Shown: piece by piece, positions 13,451 to 26,049 of the stretch
Numbering within the stretch: the first letter of the stretch is position 1
Layout: each line of letters opens with the position of its first letter
Assembly: GCA_951406725.2 (NCBI GenBank)
Contig: OX597816.1
Location: forward strand, 32,364,001 to 32,428,000
Source: Octopus vulgaris
Lineage: Eukaryota
Direction of reading: 5' to 3'
DNA length: 64,000 nucleotides
Program-made: the position numbers and the translations under genes
The notes under the pieces: model-generated
Told to the model about the DNA's origin: nothing
The model's database searches: none
Seen by the model: only the letters and a program-made list of their open reading frames with translations

Positions 13451-13589
13451 GTATATATATATACGTATATATTGTTGTATTTAGGAATTTTCATTTTTCC
13501 AGTTTAGCCAATAAAAACACACGCACTATATATTTGGTGTTACTTTGCTTCAGCGTTATTTATTTTTTACATTAATCTTCATCTTATTT

Positions 13590-13636
13590 CGGCCAGAGTT
13601 CCTTCGTCTCACTCCTGTGAACTCATCGGTGGTCCT
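13590..13636 (-). ncRNA. Degenerate minimal hammerhead ribozyme motif
   Basis: Minus strand: GGACCA-CCGAUGA-GUUCAC agga GUGAGAC-GAAG-GAAC-UC-UGGCC. Stems I and II are present but the core has two substitutions. Confidence 0.4.
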
Positions 13637-13647
13637 TTTCTTATATA

Positions 13648-13714
<67 letters not shown>

Positions 13715-14169
13715 TAGGTGTTTTATATGTCTACGTGTATATTTTTGCACGCTTGTGTATGTGCCTGTCTGAAATACTGAGAACGATAACAGGTTTTATA
13801 AAGTGTTTCTATTCCAGTTTACGAAAGGAAACGCAGAAATCTATTCTTAGGTTTTGCAAATACATATTTATCAGATGAAGATGTTGTGTTAACTTGTCTT
13901 TCTTCTCATCATTACGAAACTGATCTTTTGAATTTCTCTTGGCAAGAAATATTAAAGCTGGAAACATGTGTTGTATATACCGAGAAAAATAAAATAAAAT
14001 TGATATGAAATCAGATCGTATATTTAGCTTCTGACTTGATAAAATCAACAGCAATCAGAGAGGATAAGCATGATAACATATTAAGTAGTATGTGTATATA
14101 ATGTAAGACCACCTGCATTTAAGAAAATAGTTCAAGAAACGCTCCTCTGGACCTATTGATTTAATTCAT

Positions 14170-14870
14170 TATTCATTCGGTTGTCATTGTGCCGTATATC
14201 ACTTAAGGCGATAGCCAGATCATTCCACCTTCTAAAATTGAAAGCGTCTCTGCATTTAAGATATTTTCTCTTTCTCCGCCAAGTTTTTTTTTTCGTCAGC
14301 CACGTCTGTTTTATATTGTGGAACCCATTGCAAAAGCGATCCTGACAACTGAGTTCGGTTTATAGCGACAAACGCGACTCAACCTTTTCATCTACTTGTT
14401 TCAACAGATTCTTTATTTTGGTTTCAATTTAGGCTTTGTGTGTACGTGTGTATTGGAGATCATTTTCGACAGTTTACCATCGTAATTTGCCGTAAATATT
14501 TATTTTGAAATACCTCCAATTTCTTTTCAGTCACTTTTGGTTATTTTCCAACTGTCGGATTCATAGAGGATGAGGCTAAGTATATTGCTTTTATAATATC
14601 GTATTTTGGTACTCTTGTTGTGTATAAATGATTTCCATATTGTCTAATATGTGCGGGAAACCATCGTGTCTGAGAATCTTTCGAAGTGTATCTTAGTGAA
14701 GGCCATCGAAGTTTGCTTTCAAACTCAACAGAGAGCATGTACAAAGACGAGTTCCATTCATAGCATTGTTCGAGTATTTGGCGAATTACAAAAATGTTCT
14801 CGATACCTGATTCTCGTTTTCTGTACCCAGCTTGCACTTGGCGAACTATCTGTTCTACTGCTTTTGTAAG
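14170..14870 (-). mobile_element. RTE-clade LINE fragment (RT subdomains plus C-terminus, internally deleted)
   Basis: QAGYRKRESGIENIFVIRQILEQCYEWNSSLY (RT QAGFR motif); further downstream KKLEVFQNKYLRQI..ISN and an RRGxxxKTW-like motif. Confidence 0.85.
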
Positions 14871-14879
14871 GTGCTATAT

Positions 14880-15060
14880 GATATGGGTGAGTTTATTACT
14901 CGTCAAAACATTACGAATTATTTTCCCAAAAGTTTTACAAAATGTCCGGATCAATGACGAAATTCCGAACAACTGGAGAAAAGATCTCATTTTAAATTAC
15001 CAATGAAAGGTGATGCTTCGAACTATAATAATTTGAGTGGAATCACTCTATTATAAATCC
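14880..15060 (+). mobile_element. Inverted 5' segment of the same RTE LINE
   Basis: Plus strand EIPNNWRKDLIL / LPMKGDASNYNNLSGITLL matches the pre-RT motif IPxxW...LPKKGD...NYRGITLL. Confidence 0.8.
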
Positions 15061-16190
15061 TCTAGATCTAACAACATAAAATTTCTAATTTTCAGATCAC
15101 TATTTATTCAAGAATAATACTGAATATTAAAATGGAATATATATGAGGATACAGTTTATTTAGAAAATAGGATTGATTTTCATAATTAACAATAACACAG
15201 TTGAAATATATATATATATATACATATATATATTAGAAGAAATGAGGTACTCAGAAAATCGGATGGTTTATATTTACAGATATTTATTTGTATATTATAT
15301 TTTTTATACTTCATATAACTTAGATCATGTATTAGCGCATTCTCCCATTCTAGTGGGGTTTTCAAATCGAACTATGTTACTGTGTGAAAAGTTTTGACCA
15401 TTTTATAGTGGTATTGAATTTGTAGTGGTGGAACGGAATATAAGACAGTGCAAGAGGGTGATGGAGAGGAGAAGTGAGAGAGAGCATGTGTGTGTGTGCG
15501 TGCGTGTGTGTGTGTGTTTGTATTTGGAATGAGTGCTAAAGAAAAAGAGGGGAAGGGAGAGGGAAAAGAAGAAAATAATTTTGTTTCTCTGCTGGACAGG
15601 GGTCTAAGGTTTTGGGGAAAAAGAATTTCAGTTTTGACCATTTCATAGTGTTATTGAGTGTGTGTTGGCGGGGAGGTAGACCATAAATTATATTTCTTTT
15701 TATCATTGTGAAAGAGTGTGCGTGTGTTTAATGAGGGATGGTCAAATGGTTTTTGGGGTTTAAAGAAGAAGAATTCTTTTTATGATTGTTTTGTGGAGTT
15801 GTGTGTGTGTGTGTGTATGCATGAGAGTGGGAGGGTGGGTGTTGTGAGTTTGGAGAAGGGAGAGAGGAGATAAAAGAGGAAGGAGAAATAATTGTGTTGA
15901 TATGTTGATATTTATACCACTATATATATATATATATATATATCAGTAACAATGAAGGGTGAAATTAATTAATTTGGAATAATTATCAATTACCCAAACT
16001 TCTTCTCTCATCAGCGCAGGATACAAACAATAATGAATGATTGTATATTGAGTTTTTAGATACTAGAAGGCACCAACTCAACTCAGTATCAGAGCGAGCT
16101 AGAAGCCACATCTAGTATCACCAAATTCAAAGTGTGAATGAAAGTTTGTGTCACCAGTCCCTTCCCACCCGCGTGTAGCCAAGACAAAGT

Positions 16191-16276
16191 GCTGATGAGA
16201 GAAAAGTTTGGGTAAGGTAGAATTATCTAATTCTTATACTTTCCTAAGACTTGATCTGGAAACGTACGTCCGTAGG
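16191..16276 (+). ncRNA. Second, damaged copy of the hammerhead
   Basis: CUGAUGA...GAAACGUACGUC is present, but stem II closes with UCUG instead of UCUC and the 5' strand of stem I is replaced by the inversion junction. Confidence 0.65.
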
Positions 16277-16770
16277 TGACTTAAAACTGTATGATAGATT
16301 GCCGTCAATTCATTCTCTCTTACCTGTTTGTGTTTGCCTTTCAAATGCTGTGTTTTTACTGAGATCTCCTTTTTAGTAGAAGAAATAGCTATAATCTCTT
16401 TGACTGCTATTTCTAAATTCGGTGTGCGGTAAGGCAATTCGTTGCTAAACCCTTAATTGCTTAGTATTACTTAAATTTTCCTCGAATGAGGCTTTTACAT
16501 GCCGAAGACTACTTGGTGTAATTGATAATTATTCCAAATTAATTAATTTCACCCTTCATTGTTTCTGATAGCCATATTCATCCCAGTAAATGACCACAGC
16601 ACTTTGTCTTGGCTACACGCGGGTGGGAAGGGACTGGTGACACAAACTTTCATTCACACTTTGAATTTGGTGATACTAGATGTGGCTTCTAGCTCGCTCT
16701 GATACTGAGTTGAGTTGGTGCCTTCTAGCATCTCAAAATTCAATATACAATCATTCATGATTGTTTGTAT

Positions 16771-16862
16771 CCTGCGCTGATGAGAGAAGAAGTTTGGGTA
16801 AGGTAGAATTATCTAATTCTTATGCTTTCCTAAGACTTGATCTCGAAACGTACGTCCGTAGG
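16771..16862 (+). ncRNA. Type I hammerhead ribozyme, apparently intact
   Basis: Stem I CCUGCG/CGUAGG; core CUGAUGA (16777-16783); stem II GAGA...UCUC enclosing a long hairpin; GAAA (16845-16848); palindromic stem III ACGUACGU; GUC cleavage triplet ending at 16856. Confidence 0.85.
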
Positions 16863-17171
16863 TGACTTAAAACTGTATGATAGATTGCCGTCAATTCATT
16901 CTCTCTTACCTGTTAGTGTTTGCCTTTCAAATGCTGTGTTTTTACTGAGATCTCCCTTTTAGTAGAAGAAATAGCTATAATCTCTTTGACTGCTATTTCT
17001 AAATTCGGTGTGCGGTAAGGCAATTCGTTGCTAAACCCTTAATTGCTTAGTATTACTTATATATATATATACATACATATACATAGAATATTAGAAAAAA
17101 AAAAAACACCTTTTATCGAATCAAAATGAACAATATATGTATATATATATATATATATAACTTGCAACACC

Positions 17172-17237
<66 letters not shown>
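17172..17237. repeat. (TAG)n microsatellite
   Basis: Read directly. Confidence 0.95.
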
Positions 17238-17238
<1 letters not shown>

Positions 17239-17984
17239 TAAAAATGAAATATTTCACAGCGGAATATTTGAAACTAATACATAGTCTATTGTTCTCAGTT
17301 AGTTTTCACCATATGAAGACTAAAACGATACTGTAACTCCACTTGGGAAATAAGATACAAGAAAAGGGTATGTATTTTGCAGTTTTCAGACTTTTGTATA
17401 TCATATAATTTTTTATACGTATGCTTACGATCCTACTCCCCAGCAGCTATTGTCTTATGTGCGCAGTTACATTGCCATAAACAGAATCAAATCATAGCTC
17501 AAATGCCTACCTACAAATGAAGGGTAGCCACCAAAACTTGAAAATGACAGTTTGGTCAAAACACTGAATTTCTGAGACAATCGGTATTTTGAAAGTATTT
17601 TGAAAGGAGTATGTAGATCTGTATGTACTTCAAACATTTTATGTTTGGCAAACGGATTTCTTCCTCAAATACAACGGAGGATCATTCCACATGGCAATCT
17701 TAGATAGACATGGAAACGAAATTGTCAAGGTTGGTTGAAACACCATCAATAATAGGCCTTTTCGATCAAGATTGACCTAATCCGAAACAAAATCAACAAC
17801 CAAAACACGAGCTTATAAACCTGCCAAATCCTATTACCGAAAAGCAATCATTGGAAAATTAGAAATATACCGGAACGAAAGAGTTACACAAAGAAAATAA
17901 ACTGGAGAAAGTTTTTCTTCAATGCCTTCAATCGATACATATCAATCCCATAACATAACATATAAGGTAAGAAATTCCGTGAGG

Positions 17985-18025
<41 letters not shown>

Positions 18026-19534
18026 ATGCAAACTTGAATGTGCGGTCAAGCTGTTTCAAGATCGAACTTAATCAATGGGATTTTGGACAAGGCGTTCCTA
18101 ATATTAATTTTCGTTGAGCAAGACTACAGAAGGAAAATATGTAGCATTCTGTCGAATACGCGTGTGTGTCAGTGTATGTTTGTGTATATAAATACTGATG
18201 CATATATGCAAGATCTTCATGTACACGCGGGTAAGCAAGCTCACACATATACACACAAATGCATATATACATACTTACACATCCACAATGTCTGATACAA
18301 ACACACATACATATACATTTGCACAGTATGTATTACACACATATTATCATATGCATGTAAGTATTTGTAAACACAATATTAGAGTATTTATCAATATATA
18401 TTCGTATACAATTGGAATTCAATTTCTAAATTCAAATAACTGTTGTGGATGACACTTTTCTTCATATAATTATATTTCCATAAAAGGAATACTTTAGAGT
18501 CAATCATATCCGAAGTCATAGGAAGAATATAATTGAAACTGACTATTACAATGCACGCCATGTATTTACTTGTATATGAAAATAAATGCCACTGACACTT
18601 ATAGAATTCGACTCAAAATACACGTAAAGACAGTCACAGACATATATAAATATGCATGTGTATAGGAATGCATTCGTATCTGTATTCGTACATGTACATA
18701 CTTATATACAAATTCTTAAATATATTATAATGTGTATGAATTTAAGAGATATTATTCGTGTACGCGTCAGTGTACGTATTAGTACAGGTTTCTAAATGGT
18801 GAAATAATGATACAAGACTGAAATGGTTATACGTCCAAATGTTGGAACACACAATTCCGTGACGCATGTTGCGAAACAATTCTTCACTTTGTTTCCCACT
18901 TAATTGGAGTTGACAGATTCTTTAACAACATATATCAGATTTCGTTTCTTTTAAATAATCTTCCGTTATTCATTCCTTCTATATTCAAAAACCTACTCTT
19001 CCACCGCATTTACACCTGTAAAACTGACAAATGTGTGTGTATCTGTGTAGAGAGAGAAAGTGAAAGAGAGAGAGAGAGAGAGAGGGGCTGTCACACACTA
19101 ACAAACAGATAGAATGAGAGGGAGAGAGAGGAAGAGAGAGGGGTGAGGGTGAGAGAGAGAAACTGAGACCTCTACTAAACCAGAATAGTATTTTTCTATC
19201 GTTCTATCTGAGAGATATATCGAATATTTTGGAATATGCCTAAGTGAAATGTGCAAACGATGAAAGGATCAAACAAGAAGATTCTGTTTATTAAGCATCA
19301 GTTACATCAGTGAATATCTAGTTAAATTTCTGTCATTTCACCTTATCAGGTGTAGTATAACATTAAATAGTTACAATTTCGGGCAATGTCACACAATATA
19401 GTTGTTCACTTCCATTTCTAGCATATAAATCCTCATTATTAAATTACGCAAACATGTAGAGATTAAGAGAGTAGTTTTATTTTTATTTAAACTTCATGTA
19501 ATACTTCTTGCTAACATTGTAAACAACTGATGCT

Positions 19535-19930
19535 ACGAGGTGGCAGAACCATTACGTTCTGAGTTCAAATTCCGCTGAGATTGACTTAGCATTCATTATT
19601 TCAGAGTTGATAAAATATATAGCTATTAATTACTGGGCTTGATGCAATCGAGTTATCCACACGTTCAAATTTGCTGACGTTGTGCCAGAAATAGAAATCA
19701 ATATAACATATTATTAATGCTGCGAGCTGGAAGTGTCTTAGGCACGCTGATGTAAATGCCGCTAAGCATTCAGCCAGTCGTTGCATCCTGGAATCATATT
19801 CCAACGGGCTCGAGTTTGGCTTTCATCCTTCCGGTATTGAAAAAGACCAGTACCAGTGGAGCTTTGGGGGTTGGTCTAATTATGTTAGTCCCTCTCCAGA
19901 ACTGGAATTTTTGTTATGGATTGTACCTTG
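19535..19930 (+). mobile_element. Two degenerate SINE family A copies
   Basis: tacgttctgagttcaaattccgctgag (19554-) and gctttcatccttccgg...agtaccagt (19820-). Confidence 0.6.
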
Positions 19931-21180
19931 AAATCATGATTATCTGCAATTTACAAACACGCACTCACACACACTCACACGCACACAAGCTAATACTCAC
20001 ACCCATTCAATTCAAGCCTATACGCATATACTTGTGTGTACACATATATGCATATGTAGGTATATACGTGTGTATCTGTGTGTGCGTATATGCACGTTTT
20101 CAATTATTACTCTTTCACTTTAACATAAACATTTGCCTTAATGCTTACAAACACCTAAATTTTTGTGCATAAATACTTTTTCTCTATATATGAATTTAGA
20201 AGCGCATTTATCGTGTTTTAATATATGCGTTGTTATCAAGCAAGTCCCTTATTTGAAGTCTTCTAACACTGTAACTAACCCCATAAATTACTTTGTTTTA
20301 TGAAAAGCAAATTTAGCTTCTATACAAATTCCATTCGTTTCATTCCCTTCTCAATTTCCGGGCGGTATTGATATAAATGTGTAGGCGACGTATATCATTA
20401 GCTGTTGGTATTTCTAAATCTCATTTTCAATAAGGAACAAATGTTTTCTGCTGTGGTTAGAGTAGAATAAATACAGACTCGTTCTCCTTATATCGAATAT
20501 ATGCTTCCATAATAATTCTACATCCCCATTCACCATAGCAAGCTCAAATTTGTAACTTATTCATATTTTATTATTTCCGTTATTAACATAATTTTCATTG
20601 CTTTTGTTATTGTTATCATCATCACCATCAACATCATCATCGTCGTCATCTTCTTCGTCGAGGTCGTAGCCGTCAGCATCATAATGAATTTCATCATGTT
20701 GTCAGCTAGTTGACTCGCAAATATGCCGGTTAGAATACGCGGTGACAGTTCGTAATGTATTGATAAATTAATTACCAGTTGAGAACTAAAGTCGATATAA
20801 TTAATTAAACCCTTCCCACCACATATGTTGATCTGCGTCTATAGTGGAAACGATTATTAAAATAATAATTATCATTATGTTTGTTTCGTGTTAGAATCGT
20901 TTCAGCCACAGGTAAAATGCCCTCAATTTTGTAGTCACTCAGTACGTTTTGAGTATAAATCCCACCGGAGCTGTGCCCCACTTTCATCTTTCCATATTCA
21001 CTAAAACAGTGTTCCAGTGAAATACTGTTGTGAATGTAGTCGAAGAAATAGTTTCATTCCTGATCTATATGAGAAAGTCTTATCATAAACGATGTCTGCT
21101 CCATTGTTTCTTTCTTTCATTGTCACATTTCATTCACATACACACAGACATACCTACACTCATATATATATATATATATT

Positions 21181-21416
21181 ACGGAGATGTACTCGCATAG
21201 CAAGTAATTTGATCTGAGATCGTGTGCTGAAAGGAAAACAATTGCAGCGTGGAAGGTGTTTATAAGCCATTTAAGAAAACACAAAAGCCGTTCGATTCAC
21301 TTCAACATTGAAGTTTAATTTGTCATATCACTTGACAAATTAAACTTAAATGTTGAAGTGAATCGAACGGCTTTTGTGTGTTTCTTAAATGGCTTATAAA
21401 CACCTTCCACGCTGCA

Positions 21417-21421
<5 letters not shown>
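21181..21421. repeat. Fold-back element with an 88-bp-arm hairpin inside (TA)n
   Basis: Arms 21238-21325 and 21333-21421, 7-nt loop TATCACT, one substitution and one small indel. Confidence 0.95.
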
Positions 21422-21467
<46 letters not shown>

Positions 21468-22154
21468 GTATGCTTAAGTACCCATATTTGTTTACATACT
21501 TTATTGTATATGTACCTCATTGTATATAACTTATTGTTATACATATGCGTAAATATTATTGAGAAGTTCTTATACGTTTATATTACATACATTGGATGTA
21601 TCCGTTTCTCTATAGCTACATATATTTGTGAAAACGTATATACACACTCACACATACATATATACATTGAACAAACGGGTGAGCCACCAACATATAGCAG
21701 AAAATTATATTGTAAGGTATTATGCTCTAGTGATATGAATTACATTGTTTATATTCCTGTGTGATTAATATATTGAAAGATAAGATTAGGTAATAGAATA
21801 CCAAGATTTAACAGTCACGTAATAAACCATACATTATTATTGCAGCCAGATTGTGTTAATTTTAATTGTTTTCATAATTCCTCCAAGTTTTACGAATATA
21901 TGCTTGCAAGGAACACTTTCTATAAGATAAGAATGATCATGCGAATATTGACGTATTTTGCGTATTTTGCCTGAATTCCTAGCATTTAATATTCCGCTTA
22001 TCTAGATATATAAAATATTTGAGTCAGCTAAACGATGAGAGGATGAGAAGCATGTAAATGGGAATAACTAGATCGGCATTTGCATGAATGTGCGCCAAGT
22101 ACTAGGAAAAAATTCCACTCATCTTCAGGCCTGATAATGATTCAGGACATGCAA

Positions 22155-22520
22155 GGAGGTGACCTGACAGAAACGTTAGCACGCCTGTTGAAACGCTTAG
22201 TGGTAGTCTGTCTTGCCGTTCTGAGTTCAAATTCCGCTGAGGTCGACTTTGCTTTTCATCCGTTCGGGGGTCGATAAATTAAGAATCAGTTACGCGCTGT
22301 GGTCGATGTAATCGACTTAATCCGTTTCTCTGCCCTTGTTTGTCCTCTCCGGTAGTAAAGTTATAGGAAGTTCGTCTGTCTTCATGTTCTGAGTTCAAAT
22401 TCCGCCGAGGACGACTTTGACTTTCGTCCTTTTGGTGTCGAAAAATTAAGTACCAGTTGCGTAATGGGGCTGATCTAATCGACTGAACCCCTCCCCAAAA
22501 TTTCGGGCCCTGTGCCTAGA
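22155..22520 (+). mobile_element. SINE family A dimer
   Basis: tRNA-like head with B-box GAGTTCAAATTCC present twice (about 22223 and 22391). Confidence 0.85.
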
Positions 22521-23474
22521 TTGTGCCTAGACAGGACATGTGTAAATCAGAGACTGCTGTTGAACGATAGATATCATAGCGTCAATTAGAGTTATGTCTT
22601 AGAACCTGATTTCAATAAAAAATAAAATCAATTCTTTCCAATACATGTTAATATATTCCAAATATTATGTGTCTTATTTTCCAGCTTAAATTCATTTTCG
22701 CCTCATTCAACTAATATATACACCCACATTTAATCGTATCATATAACATCAATATTAATTTAATGTTTACTTCCTGAAACATGTTAACAATGATCCTCTT
22801 TAAAATAGCTTCTATGACGATTAAAATCAAGTGGAACCATGTACTATTAGGACAAATATGTTGAAGCTACATTTTGAAACGATTTATAGAAATATATAGT
22901 AGGAAAGTTTCATATGCAGGAAAATATATCATATGTAACGTTTCTCTTAAAATGATGAAACAAATATCACGAACCTATATTAAACTTGCGAAGTCGAAAA
23001 TCATTATTACATTTCTTGTCGTAACAGTTTCTGCTGATTTTGTTGATACCGTTTTTGTTAGCATTTTTATATAATTTAATATTTGTGAAGAAAATTAAAT
23101 ATCGATATAAATCATGAAGAACATTTTATATACAATAACCATTACTTGCACATGTGTCATTACTCTCCATGGACGTATGCTGTATTCACATACGTTTCTT
23201 TCTTTCGTTGCTGCGATTAGAATATCTGATGGAAAACTAAAATTTAATCATTTCTCAAAAGATCCAACTTTCTCCAATGCATATTTAAATTTGCTAAGGA
23301 TTATTAAATTCACCATTGGCGCCTATTATGAAATACATCTGGATGGAAGAACAATCTGAATAGTATTCTGGGAAATCTCTCCTTTTTTTAGGTATTGTTC
23401 CATACCATATTATGCTGAAGTTTTACACGAGAACAACTCATAAGAATTGTTATATCTTTCTTTCTTTCATATAT

Positions 23475-23705
23475 ATTTCTTTATTGCCCACTGGGGGCTA
23501 AACACAGAGGGGACAAACAAGGACAGACAAGGGGATTAAGTCGATTATATCGACCCCAGTGATTGACTGGTACTTATTTAATCGATCCCGAAAGGATGAA
23601 AGGCAAAGTGAACCTCGGCGGAATTTGAACCCTGAACGTAACGGCAGACGAAATACCGCTAGGCATTTCGCCCGGTGTGCTAACGTTTCTACCAGCTCAC
23701 CGCTT
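23475..23705 (-). mobile_element. SINE family A, full length
   Basis: Reverse complement of gcggtgagctgg.agaaacgttagcac...ggttcaaattccgccgagg...aataaagaaata; close to the 61.1-kb copy. Confidence 0.92.
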
Positions 23706-26049
23706 TTAAATAAGTTGGACTGTTGTCTTCATTTTCATTTTTATATTCACTACGTTTCGGAGGTGGGAAAATGGGGAAATGCAGAAACTCCTGCCATTGT
23801 ATGTCTACTCAATATTAGATGCCTCTCAGAAAAGACGAAAATGATATGTGGTCCATCTGACACCAGACGAATTTTCGGAAGAAATTCGATACTTCGCATA
23901 CATCTATTCCGAGTGAAGCACCCTATAGAAGATAACATGTACTTCAATCGATGCAGCAGCGGTAAATTTCACTAAGTAGAAACATGTAGTAACCCTTAAA
24001 GTAGGAGTGGAAGGGCATCGGAAAACCCTGACACGAGGGACTATTGAAAAGTCACGTACAACCGATCGCGTATGGAAAAATGTAGAGCAAAACGTAGGTC
24101 AAAATAAAAGATTGAAAACACCAGTAGAAAATTAGAAAACTTAAGGAAACAGCGCATATTCTTGGGCAGCCGACAAGACAGGCCAAGTGGAGAGATGTAT
24201 ATATCATGGGAACCAATAACTAAGAATGGAATAGGCGGATTGCCTCATAAACATTCGGTGTATACGACTTAAAAGTGCAGCCTTTAATTGCCTACGGTGC
24301 TTATATTGCGGAAAATGAAATCAAATACAACAGACATTGGTTAATGCAGTGCAGGCACTTAGAGACACTAGGTTAGTTGACATAATTCATGTGAAGCAAA
24401 ACATGTTACGAAATGTTGAAAGCAGAATGGGAACAGTATATCCCCGCAGATAAGATAAATATTAGGTCCGAAATTGGGATATACGACATAGTTCAACAGA
24501 AGACACTTGAAGAGGCTGGGGCGTACATCAGTAGAAGAATAGTGTAAGTAACAATTCCAGATGTGGGCATTAGATATCCATAGATAACATAATTCTTCAT
24601 CTTGGCAATGCGGAATTGCACGCTCTGTTTTAGTAAAATATAATATATCTAATGAATACAAATATTACATTACCAGATATATAAACTTGTTATAGTAGTG
24701 ATTATAGGTGTAGGAATGTAATATTTCCAATATTGCTTTACGAATTTCACTAATTATACAGAAGATCACAGTTTTATACTCATTTTAATTCTATGCATCG
24801 TTCCAATCAAATATACTTTTCACCTTTTTATTTTCGATTCATTACAAATAATCTTCAGTAGTTATTTCATACCAAATTCCTTTTCTTCTGTTAAAAAATT
24901 GTTAAAATGGATACGTCATATTTTAATATAAACATCTCATAACTAATTCCGAATTACATACCATTACGTTTGAAATTCAATCCTGTATGGATGGTTTGTA
25001 AATTCCTCTAGAATATTTACTGGAATACTCTTCTGAATTTATCATGTTTACACAATCGTGCAGATCTACGGGTGCATAACTTTTGCCGAAGATTATATTA
25101 GAGAAAACAAAATCAAATGCAAATGTTCCATTGTTTCAAATATCTGAGAGCATGTTGAATTTAAAGGATTTGTTATCACAGAATGTTTGTGTTTTCTAAT
25201 ATCGTTGTATGCATTTCTGCTTTTGTAATCTCCACTTAAATATCTATGCATATCTAAGTATTCGCATTGTTTGCTATGTATCAATAACTATCTATTTATT
25301 TGTAAATACCGAGGATATTTGACTTGGAGTCGATAAATATCTATTATGCTCAAGTCCTACGATATTAAGTCGTAAACAACTTAATACGCATTTATCTCTA
25401 AGTACCCACCATAATTGATCAAAAACAAACAAATATTTATGTACTTTATGCACCTAGAATTTTTGCCATGAATATATTGGTGCATATTCCTTTCAGTAGT
25501 TTGGAAAATATGCTTTAACCAATATCACAAATGGAAACTGATAAGAATATGATCAGTTTTGAGATATAGTGTGTCTGTTACCATAGATATTTCAGTCCTT
25601 TTCACCAAAAAGCCTGGCTAAAAGTGATAGGGAAAATTATCAAATTCAATGTACGGAGAAGAACATACGATTTTCTGAGTATAATTTGACCACTAGTTCC
25701 GATAGGAAATGAATGAAATATCCAAATTCGATGAATACGCACAAAGGTCAATACAATCCAAGCGAAAGTCATGCAACGGAGCACATATCCAAATCAAGAT
25801 GTTTTCAATTTAATACGATAAGTAAAACAAAACATTCTCACTGCCAAATAAATATCGTATACAATTATCGGTAAATGAAATAACACAGACGCATCTATAA
25901 CCCATATCAGGCATTGCAACATTTACATCTCACACAATTAAAACGTAATGCACATTCTACTTACCTGAGGTAGGTTAACATTACTGATATACGTAATAGA
26001 ATACATTCTAAGTTCAAAACTAAAACATAAAACACCTCACACAGTAGAA

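Larger units (their letters stand above)
15941..17059 (+). mobile_element. Non-coding HHR-bearing element (PLE pLTR / retrozyme-like), partial tandem with inverted 5' segments
   Basis: Direct repeat 16191-16473/16776-17059; inverted repeats 15941-15993/16518-16570 and 15990-16194/16597-16801; copies nearly identical; (TA)n on both sides. Confidence 0.85.

Noticed and set aside
16480-16516. HHR-like CGAATGAGGC...GCCGAAGACTAC
   Set aside because: Only a 3-bp stem II, both core segments deviate, and there is no clear stem I.
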